IMG/VR virus record: IMGVR_UViG_3300020045_017979
Location: 1-31,000 of that record
DNA from: a virus
Lineage: Duplodnaviria > Caudoviricetes
Reading direction: 5' to 3' (one strand)
DNA length: 31,000 bases
Made by a program: the position numbers and the translations under genes
Shown: piece after piece, positions 10,401 to 17,851 of the stretch
How the letters are laid out: every line of letters starts with the position of its first letter
Position numbering within the stretch: the first letter of the stretch is position 1
Notes under the pieces: generated by a model
Seen by the model: only the letters and a program-made list of their open reading frames with translations
The model's database searches: none
What the model was told of the DNA's origin: nothing

Positions 10401-11614
10401 AGGAAAGATTGAAATTATTAGATGCTCAAGTTTCAGATATTAAAAAACAAATTGATGCTGAATTATTAAGTCAAGATACCAAATTAAATGCTGCTTTAGA
10501 AGCGGAAAATATCCTATACCAATCTACATTAGATGGTCATGCTGATTTAGAGCAAGCTCAAGAAGAACACGAAAGAAATATTTTAGAAATAAAAAAATCA
10601 TTTGCTAAACAAGGACTAGATGTTCAAATTAAAGCAATCGAGGATCTTTTGGCTAATCAGGATAAACTTCCTGAAAACGAAAGAATATCTGCTGCAAAAC
10701 GTGCTGAAATTGATAATGAATTAGCCAGGCTTAAAAAGGAAAATTCAGATTCAGATGTAGAAAATCATTCAGTAAACACAAAAAAAATATTATTTTTTGA
10801 AGAAGAAAATTTCAAAAAAATAGAAGAAAAATCCAGAGAACTTGCATTTGCATTAAGTGATTTAGGTAATGCAATTTTTGATGCTAAAATTCAACACCTT
10901 GACGAAGAAATTTCAAAAAACGATGAATATTATAATAGACAAATTGAATTAGCTGGAAATGATGAACGTCAAAAAGATTTAATTCAAAAAGAGCGAGATA
11001 AAAAGAATGACGATTTAGAGAAAAAAAAGCGAAAAGAACAGCATAAACAAGCTGTATTTAATAAAGCATTAGCCATTACAGAAGCAGGAATAAACACTGC
11101 AAAAGCTGTAACAGCAGCTCTTACGGCTGGTCCTGGAATTGGTTTGGCTTTAGCTGTAATAACCGCAGCAGTTGCTGCAGTACAATTAGCTGCAATAGTC
11201 GCAACTCCAATTCCAAAATACAAAGATGGTCGTAAAGGAGGTCCAAAAGAAATTGCGATGATTAATGATGGCGGTGTTACCGAGGTGGTTGAACATAAAG
11301 ATGGAACCGCTGAAACCTACAGCGGCAAAAACAGAATTGTTCAATTGTTGGAAGGCGATACGGTTCACAAATCCATTCAGGATTATGAGAAACTGCAGTA
11401 TGCGGCAATGATGGCTAATATCCAAATGCAAGGTCGAAAAATGAGTGAATTTCAAGCCAATCAATATTTTAATACTGATAATAAAGAATTGCTAGAAGAA
11501 TTGAAACGCAATACAAGAGCGGTTGAAAAAAACAAATCAACTGTTGTTGTAAATCAATCAAAATTAGACATCAATCATCATTTGTGGAAAATGAAAAATA
11601 CTAACTGGAACTAA
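7475..11614 (+). CDS. Tail tape measure protein
   Basis: 1379 aa; TP901-type core (FDRQLIAVGKTTNITGEDLKQF...), coiled coils, hydrophobic Ala-rich segments. Confidence 0.92.
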   Translation: MPTPGGTITRKDLITDDALKFGDVLVEQLDKVIKKEKELVEITLQYAKANSAVRKVENQQDFLNEKQKIILLEKEAISVLNQKAVAEINIEKIKRQSLATSEAERKAKQASVKLTLDEKVINEANNKILKQEARERQGLVSAYEKLNRSRLESQKRLADLLSAENKNTAAIIIAQKEFDKLDTRVKAVDAAINNYSKNIGNYGSAFEGLNETARNLLTTFGLIGGIELFGVVVKDVFTIVREFDRQLIAVGKTTNITGEDLKQFGREVVELGDKLDGITVNGLIQSAEVAGQLGVTGTDNILKFSEAIEKLKLTSNIISDEQVGNFAKFIEVSSDSFENADRLASVITQLGNSFATTEAEVLSNATEIQKGIAVYNTSAQGVLALGAATSTLGSEAESSRSAIQSTFAVIDEAITSGKNLEKVLKLTGLTQKELSQQFKQDATGVFQKFIKGLSDAKNQGENLRAILNDVEITEKRAFTVVGSLAANYGILESAMLQANKEYLENAALNKEVAAASESIDSIISDLTDKWEAYVLQTNDANNGTEALTKTLKFLRDNFKEIINFVLKAGTVLIVYLGIIKAYNFIITTSAALQTAWTAGQIRFALSTGIGTQSILAQAAAARTATVAQEGLNIAVKATPWGLILGFLSAAVVAYMVFNDEMSEAEKNVQNIIDANKRLEASEKGYATERDKSNSVRFKSIEEDIRLRKAQGENSDKLDKEEIARKKAILEASLQVYSDLKRSELERTVTEINSSKQRIAQFQIEKNALEKSGYRVSKEGRTSEDLEILIKTEKDKNNIKQAGLKNNSKLTTEEIARLNKQIQDLEKDNAVKDAEFKAEADKKAIERRKKHLKNLYDIQKKAYDDEFKLSQFRYQVAIDMENEILENEKASYDERIEALLSANQILTSKNKEATEYNLKQLGKYNEDTGKFIRELSDLEIKSLIETGHAKKKLTSEQQLIYEQYQNAQTKAAEKGEKERLKLLDAQVSDIKKQIDAELLSQDTKLNAALEAENILYQSTLDGHADLEQAQEEHERNILEIKKSFAKQGLDVQIKAIEDLLANQDKLPENERISAAKRAEIDNELARLKKENSDSDVENHSVNTKKILFFEEENFKKIEEKSRELAFALSDLGNAIFDAKIQHLDEEISKNDEYYNRQIELAGNDERQKDLIQKERDKKNDDLEKKKRKEQHKQAVFNKALAITEAGINTAKAVTAALTAGPGIGLALAVITAAVAAVQLAAIVATPIPKYKDGRKGGPKEIAMINDGGVTEVVEHKDGTAETYSGKNRIVQLLEGDTVHKSIQDYEKLQYAAMMANIQMQGRKMSEFQANQYFNTDNKELLEELKRNTRAVEKNKSTVVVNQSKLDINHHLWKMKNTNWN

Positions 11615-13836
11615 TGGGAAATATCAATCCAGCATATAACGACAGAGTTCAGTACACTTTGTACAACAAAAACCAAGGTACGGTTATTATCGAAGAACCT
11701 ATTGGCTGGCAAAGTGATGAAAAAGAATTAGCCAGACACGAACAGTATCATGGCATAATTTCCCGATTTTCCAACTCATCCAAGTTTATCGGAACTGGAA
11801 AAGACTTCATTAAATTAATTTATGATATCGAGGGAATTAATGCAGAAATCGAATTAAGACGTGAAGAAAAACACCCACAAACTGATATTTTTCAATTGAC
11901 TTATGCGGGTTATTTGGATTTGTCCACTTATGAATTTGAAAACAATCAGGTTTCTATAAAATTCAATTCCGGAGGATTAGAGCAGTTGCTAAAAGCTAGG
12001 GAATCAGATCAGGTAGAAATCGATAGATCAGAAACCATCGACGGCAAATTGATGCCAGCTTTAAATCCTATCACCGTGGCTTTGGATGGTCGAAGAATTT
12101 TTTTGAAATCTAAAATGGAAGTTGGAGATATCGATAATTCTGTGAGTATGTTTTCTGATAGTAATGCAGGAAACACAAGAAATTCCACATGCGGAATTCC
12201 TTTTAAAATTGTAAATAAATCTCATGAACAGCTTCAATCAGTGTTAACTGGCACTACTGCTGATAAAGACAATGGGACAACAGGAATGATGTTTTTTGCA
12301 AATTCAGATCGAAAAAGAACATTAACATTAAATACTTCTTTTCAATTTAGATTTAATGCGAATCAAGAAAAGATAAATTGGTCAGAGTTCAAAATACACC
12401 TTACTAAATTCAAAAATGGAAGTTCTTATAATAATCCTGTTCGAACTATTATTTTTTTGTTAAAAGGTAAAAGTGAAATAAGTGCTGCAAGAGGTCGTGA
12501 TTTTTCTGTAAATTATTCTACTATAATCGATGTAGAAGCTGGCGAAAGTTTAGCTATAGAAGCATTTCAGCAAGCTGATTTTGATGTAAGTAATAATGCT
12601 AAACTAGCAATTGATTTAACTAATATTTCAGGAACATTAGACCTTGAAGAAAATTCTTTTTACGAAAAATCAACTACTCAAGCTTTATTGGCACACGAAT
12701 TTATTGATCGATTAGTAACAATTGGCACCAATAAAGAAAAAGCATTTTATTCTGAATTTCTTGGAAGAACCGATTTAGGATACACTAATGATGGACCAGG
12801 ATCATTGACGGCTGTAGCTCATGGTTTTTGGGTACGTGGATTTGACAAACTGCCAATTCCAACTTTAGGACCTCCAAAAGTCGATAACCTATTCAAACCC
12901 TTAACATCATCATTCAAGGATGCAGTATCTTCAATTGATGCAGTTTGGAATGTTGGAATCGGAATTGAAACCATTGGCAGAAAAGAAAGAGTGCGTTTGG
13001 AAGAACTTTCCTTTTTCTATAACAACAATGTAACTATTCGTTTACCGTTTCAGGTAAAAAAAGTAAAACGTACCGTTGCCACCGAGTATTATTATTCTTC
13101 ATTGGAATTTGGAAGCGAAAAAGGGGGTACCTACGAAGAAGCGATGGGATTGGATGAACCAAACGGAAAATCCACTTTCACAACTGTAATTAACCGATTG
13201 AAATCTACGTATTCTAAAATTTCAAAATATCGATTTGATAGTTACGGTTTGGAATTTGCTAGGCGTAAACCAAAATCGTTAAACGATACTGAAGATACGT
13301 CTTATGACAATGATGTTTTTATGTTGGATTTAAAAAGAGGGTATTTACCCTCGGTTTTCGAACAAAGAAAATGGCAAGATGATTTTGAAAAAGAACCAAT
13401 TGGAATTTTCAGTCCGGATACGGTTACGAATTTAAGATTTTCGCCTTTCAATATATTAATTCGCCATTCATGGTGGTTTGGAGGTGGTTTCAAAAAATAT
13501 GCAACGGACTATGTTCGTTATGGAAGTTCGACAGCAAATAGCCAATTGAAAACCAAAAAAACAGGAAAACCAGAATATGCAGAAAATGGAAACATTATCA
13601 ATTCTGAATTACTCCCAGCGAGATTCTTTCCAGAATGGATAGAATTTGAAGCGAAATGCACTTTCGATATCATGCAGCAAGTTGAAGGTACCAGCATGTT
13701 TTTTGGAAAAGAAGTGAAAAATTTTTACGGATTGGTTGAATTCATCAATGAAGATAACGAAAAAGAAAAAGGGTTTCTTTTTAATCTAAAGCCAAATGGA
13801 AAAGGAGTTTGGAAATTACTAAAAGCTAATAGATAA
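11614..13836 (+). CDS. Tail tip/baseplate hub protein
   Basis: 740-aa beta-rich protein whose start overlaps the tape measure stop (TAATG). Confidence 0.65.
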   Translation: MGNINPAYNDRVQYTLYNKNQGTVIIEEPIGWQSDEKELARHEQYHGIISRFSNSSKFIGTGKDFIKLIYDIEGINAEIELRREEKHPQTDIFQLTYAGYLDLSTYEFENNQVSIKFNSGGLEQLLKARESDQVEIDRSETIDGKLMPALNPITVALDGRRIFLKSKMEVGDIDNSVSMFSDSNAGNTRNSTCGIPFKIVNKSHEQLQSVLTGTTADKDNGTTGMMFFANSDRKRTLTLNTSFQFRFNANQEKINWSEFKIHLTKFKNGSSYNNPVRTIIFLLKGKSEISAARGRDFSVNYSTIIDVEAGESLAIEAFQQADFDVSNNAKLAIDLTNISGTLDLEENSFYEKSTTQALLAHEFIDRLVTIGTNKEKAFYSEFLGRTDLGYTNDGPGSLTAVAHGFWVRGFDKLPIPTLGPPKVDNLFKPLTSSFKDAVSSIDAVWNVGIGIETIGRKERVRLEELSFFYNNNVTIRLPFQVKKVKRTVATEYYYSSLEFGSEKGGTYEEAMGLDEPNGKSTFTTVINRLKSTYSKISKYRFDSYGLEFARRKPKSLNDTEDTSYDNDVFMLDLKRGYLPSVFEQRKWQDDFEKEPIGIFSPDTVTNLRFSPFNILIRHSWWFGGGFKKYATDYVRYGSSTANSQLKTKKTGKPEYAENGNIINSELLPARFFPEWIEFEAKCTFDIMQQVEGTSMFFGKEVKNFYGLVEFINEDNEKEKGFLFNLKPNGKGVWKLLKANR

Positions 13837-13847
13837 AATATAAAATC

Positions 13848-15863
13848 ATGGCATATTCAAAAATAACAATACAATTCGAAGATGTACCTCCAGTAAATCA
13901 TGTTTTCACATTTATGGAAACCGCTTTGGGGATTGCATTTTCAGAAACTTTCAAAGCAAATAGATTAGGATCTTTTCAATCAGAATTACCTATTTACGAT
14001 GCTGGAAATAATACTTATATGGGATTTATTTCAAACGGCTACAGATCAGCTTTGGATTTAGATTATAATGCTACTGGACTTTTTACCATTATAAAATCCA
14101 TGGGACCTTCGGGATCAGGTTTAGGAACAGTTGTAGTTCAAGCGAATTATTCCGGAATGATATTTACTGGCAGTAGTGATGCTTACGCTAATGTTATAAT
14201 TGAAAATGAAGTAGTATTTGCTCCTTTTAGCATTGATGATATTACTTTCACAACAAAGGTTGGCGAAGAATCCAGCCGATGTTTAGTCAATATCGCAACC
14301 AATCATTTGGCAACAAAATTATTGCAGCCTTTTGTGATAAATCCAAACACGGACAATCCTATAATTTTTGCAGCTTATCGTGGCAGAATGGCATTTACAG
14401 TTGAGGTCGAAGATGCGAATGGTTTGAAAGCAATTCAAAGTGTGATAACGCCTAGTTATTTATACCTCGGAAACTTCACTTTCGATATTATAACTTCTCC
14501 AAATGGTGGTACTTTGAATATTAGTAATGTCAATACTTTTGGTTTGGATTTGCAATATTCTTTGGATAATAGCACTTGGCAAACATCGCCAGTATTTCCA
14601 GGATTAGCCGTTGGATTATACAATGTATACATCAAAGATCAATTAGGCTATTTCATTTCATCAGGTTTTGAAGTTAAAGAATTCGGAATTTATACGCCTT
14701 ATTTTTACATTTCAAAATCAAACTCCTTTCGATTTGCCAACAGAATTACCTTTGGCGATTCTGCCAATTATAAAAACGATGAAAACACTTTGAGTTGTGA
14801 AGTGGATGTTGAGGTGCCATATAAAGAAATTCAGCAATTTCAATCAGCCGACATTATCACTACACAATTCAGATCGAATTATGAAACTAATGTAGCTACA
14901 ATTGTAAAAGAAGATGCTACTGAAATCAATGTTCCAGTTACTAAAATGACATCAAATATTGGAATCAAAGATAAAAGAGATGCTTTTCAGTACGATTTAG
15001 GTAACGGAAAAACAGGCGTTTATTTTCTAGCAGGAAATGTTTATGATTATACCACATCTGCTATTGTTGATACACATTTTTTGAATGGATTAACTCCAGA
15101 ATGGGGCGAAATTGGGAATTACATTCAAATTGGAACAGCTTGGTTTTTGATAGAGGAAATTGTTTTTGATGAATCGAAAAACGCTGATGTTTTGGTAATT
15201 TCCAACTTATATACTGGTCCAGAAGTTGCCGTTATTGTAGGTTCAATTTTCAATAGAGAAAATTACGAAGTATATGAGTTTACAATTGATATGGTTGATT
15301 ATATCGATCAGTATTTCCGTGTGAGAATCAATAATACCGATAGCAATTACACGGAATTAATCCATTTATCAGAATTGATTTGGTGTAAAGTAAAACACAA
15401 AGACGTTCTGGAAATTAGATATTATAATTCTACCAATACCGATATGATGTATTCTACTAGTATCAAAAATTTAATTCGAATTCCTTATCAGTTTGTCAAA
15501 GGAAAAGTAGATGAAGAAAGTGAAGTTCATAAAACAGATACCGATTCTATTTTATTAAATGCGGATCTATACGAAGTGGATGAAATAGTTTTCGAACCCG
15601 TAACCAAAGAAATTTGGCACAAATTAATGCAAGCATTATCACATGAAGAAGTTACAATAAATGGCGTTGGATATGTGAAAAATGGAAACTTCAATACTGA
15701 AGGACCATTAGAAAAATCAAATCTTTATGTTTTGACGGCCACAATGATCAAAACTGGAAGTGTTTACAATTCTCAATCATCTGGAGCTGGTGGATTCGAT
15801 GGAACGGCTGTTGCAGTTCCTGGACTTATTCAAACAGATAGCGGATTTGTGAGTTATATTTAA
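13848..15863 (+). CDS. Tail tip protein with SprB-repeat-like segment
   Basis: 671 aa; 'QYSLDNSTWQTSPVFPGLAVGLYNVYIKDQLG'; synteny. Confidence 0.6.
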   Translation: MAYSKITIQFEDVPPVNHVFTFMETALGIAFSETFKANRLGSFQSELPIYDAGNNTYMGFISNGYRSALDLDYNATGLFTIIKSMGPSGSGLGTVVVQANYSGMIFTGSSDAYANVIIENEVVFAPFSIDDITFTTKVGEESSRCLVNIATNHLATKLLQPFVINPNTDNPIIFAAYRGRMAFTVEVEDANGLKAIQSVITPSYLYLGNFTFDIITSPNGGTLNISNVNTFGLDLQYSLDNSTWQTSPVFPGLAVGLYNVYIKDQLGYFISSGFEVKEFGIYTPYFYISKSNSFRFANRITFGDSANYKNDENTLSCEVDVEVPYKEIQQFQSADIITTQFRSNYETNVATIVKEDATEINVPVTKMTSNIGIKDKRDAFQYDLGNGKTGVYFLAGNVYDYTTSAIVDTHFLNGLTPEWGEIGNYIQIGTAWFLIEEIVFDESKNADVLVISNLYTGPEVAVIVGSIFNRENYEVYEFTIDMVDYIDQYFRVRINNTDSNYTELIHLSELIWCKVKHKDVLEIRYYNSTNTDMMYSTSIKNLIRIPYQFVKGKVDEESEVHKTDTDSILLNADLYEVDEIVFEPVTKEIWHKLMQALSHEEVTINGVGYVKNGNFNTEGPLEKSNLYVLTATMIKTGSVYNSQSSGAGGFDGTAVAVPGLIQTDSGFVSYI

Positions 15864-15886
15864 TTATAGCGAATTCGCCATAATTA
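15861..15886. repeat. 26-bp near-perfect palindrome
   Basis: TAATTATAGCGAATTCGCCATAATTA, one mismatched pair. Confidence 0.75.
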
Positions 15887-15918
15887 AAAAAGCCACTAAT
15901 TAATTTTAGTGGCTTTTT
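15886..15918. terminator. Bidirectional intrinsic terminator
   Basis: AAAAAAGCCACTAA-TTAATT-TTAGTGGCTTTTT between convergent genes. Confidence 0.88.
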
Positions 15919-15991
15919 ATTAAAAGCAATAATGTAAACTCATCTTTAAGTACCCTCATTGCATCAAGCTACGGTATGCGGATACGGCTTT

Positions 15992-16342
15992 TTATTTTTT
16001 TTCATTGTTGTAAATGGTTTTTAGTTTTTCAGATAATAAAATCACTTCTTCAATTTCTCCTAATTCACAAGCTTTGCGAATATCATCTAAAATAAAATCT
16101 ATTTCGCTTGTATCATCCATCTTTTTTTTACTTTCTGAATACTCTAAATACTGATTGTCATTTTGTTCAAGAGTAATTAAGTCATAACAATCATATTCTT
16201 CTTGATCATCTCCGTAATAAAAATCAAATTCTATTTTAAGTAATGAATTACAACACGGACAATTGGTTTTAGTATTCCATCTATAAACAAAAACTTCTAT
16301 TTTGTTTAAGCATTTAGGACATGTAAAATCTTGAAAACACAT
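15992..16342 (-). CDS. Cys-rich metal-ribbon protein (CPKC...CPCC) with acidic tail
   Basis: Two CxxC pairs, then 'YYGDDQEEYD'; second gene of the reverse-strand moron. Confidence 0.7.
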   Translation of the reverse strand: MCFQDFTCPKCLNKIEVFVYRWNTKTNCPCCNSLLKIEFDFYYGDDQEEYDCYDLITLEQNDNQYLEYSESKKKMDDTSEIDFILDDIRKACELGEIEEVILLSEKLKTIYNNEKK

Positions 16343-16345
16343 ATA

Positions 16346-16561
16346 TCAATTATGATCTTTAAGTTCAAATATTTTCTTTTTTGTCACATCATCAATAATC
16401 GAAATATTCCTGTGTTCGTGGTAATGATGATGTACAGATCTATCGATAAACACATTTCTATTTTTATCCCTTTCAGGAAAAAACAAATTGCCTAATGATT
16501 TGCCTATCAGCCAGCCACCACCTACGAAAAATACAAAAATAAAAATTATAAATATCCACAT
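16346..16561 (-). CDS. Small membrane protein with His-rich motif
   Basis: N-terminal TM helix (WIFIIFIFVFFVGGGWLIG) and 'IDRSVHHHYHEH'. Confidence 0.72.
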   Translation of the reverse strand: MWIFIIFIFVFFVGGGWLIGKSLGNLFFPERDKNRNVFIDRSVHHHYHEHRNISIIDDVTKKKIFELKDHN

Positions 16562-16565
16562 GCTC

Positions 16566-16573
16566 CAAAATTA
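16566..16573 (-). promoter_or_regulatory. -7 box TAATTTTG, 4 nt before ATG (likely leaderless)
   Basis: + strand CAT-GCTC-CAAAATTA; no clear -33 box. Confidence 0.55.
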
Positions 16574-16601
16574 CAAAAATTCAAGTGTATGTTTTTCGGT
16601 T

Positions 16602-16650
16602 TTAGTTATTTATAATTAATATAAATAAGAAAATATTTTCTACATTTGTT
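16602..16650 (+). promoter_or_regulatory. Late promoter copy 2 (palindrome 16606-16628; -7 box TACATTTG 16641-16648)
   Basis: 47/49 identical to 1802-1850; 20 nt upstream of ATG 16671. Confidence 0.8.
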
Positions 16651-16670
16651 GAAACAAAATTCAAGTAAAG

Positions 16671-17849
16671 ATGAGCTTTCAAACATTTGTAACGGGAAGA
16701 TTAGCAGCGATAACCGAAACGTTAAATGCGATTGCGACCAATGCAAAAAGAATCTTTGAATTACCAGCTCAAAATACGATAGATCCTAATTCTTTAATCC
16801 ACGTTTCAAGAAATCAAGTTTCCGAAAGTTTATCGGTTCAAAAAATAATTGATGCGGTAAAATCAAATGCTTACAGCCAAATTATAACCATTGGAGAAAT
16901 TACTTTAGTTGGAAATGTAGCAACTATTCCAGCTGATGCTGAATGGAAGATTAATGATATTTTTTATAGCAATATTGCTGATATAGTCATCACCATTCCA
17001 CTGGCTGATACTGGATTAACCAGAACCGATATTTTGGTAGCTAATACTTTAAATAACATCATTTTAATTCAAGGATTAGAAACCGATGGCATAGCTGTTA
17101 GACCTAATATTCCGATAAATACTGTTTTGGTTACGGAAATAAATGTAACTGATACGGTGATAGGAAATCCATCAACTCCAGTTATAGGAGATGCTTTCTT
17201 GACAAAACTCGAAAAAGGAAATCTTATCTATTCCGGAACTGGAGTAGTTGATAATTTTGAATTAAACAACACAAGATCTTGTTTTAAATTTCAAGGATCA
17301 ATTACAGCATTGAAATCGGTTTCTTTTACTGGAACAAATGGAATTCCTTACAACGGTAAAGAATTTATTGTAGAAAATAACCAGTCTATTCCATTTGATA
17401 TATTTCATAATTCAGGAGCTGGAGATTTTAAGTTTAATTTTCCAAATGAAGAAAATTTCACTTTAGAACCCAACAATAGAATAAAATTCAGGCTTACGCA
17501 ATTATCAGATTTAACTGGATCATTCGATTATATCGGGGTTATCAATACTTCAGCGGATGTTGATTTTGAACTCGATGATAGTTTAGTGTATTATGAAGAT
17601 GATGGACAAAAATATCTGGCTTCAAACATAAGCAACTTTACAAGTTCATTCACTTGGCTAACTGGAGATTCTGCAATTTTTACACTTCCATTTACGCCAA
17701 CAAATTTAGTTTCCATTTTTGTAAATGGTCTGAAATTATACAAGTCCTCGCAATTCACAATCATTTTACCAAATCAAATAGAAATTATACAAACCTTATA
17801 TAACGAGGATGTTGTAGAATTCAACTATGAACATTTTAATAACATATAA
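16671..17849 (+). CDS. Tail fibre/baseplate-associated structural protein (putative)
   Basis: 392 aa, beta-rich; 'IPLADTGLTRTDILV' and C-terminal 'IFVNGLKL..SQFTI' segments; first gene of the fibre module. Confidence 0.55.
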   Translation: MSFQTFVTGRLAAITETLNAIATNAKRIFELPAQNTIDPNSLIHVSRNQVSESLSVQKIIDAVKSNAYSQIITIGEITLVGNVATIPADAEWKINDIFYSNIADIVITIPLADTGLTRTDILVANTLNNIILIQGLETDGIAVRPNIPINTVLVTEINVTDTVIGNPSTPVIGDAFLTKLEKGNLIYSGTGVVDNFELNNTRSCFKFQGSITALKSVSFTGTNGIPYNGKEFIVENNQSIPFDIFHNSGAGDFKFNFPNEENFTLEPNNRIKFRLTQLSDLTGSFDYIGVINTSADVDFELDDSLVYYEDDGQKYLASNISNFTSSFTWLTGDSAIFTLPFTPTNLVSIFVNGLKLYKSSQFTIILPNQIEIIQTLYNEDVVEFNYEHFNNI

Positions 17850-17851
17850 TT

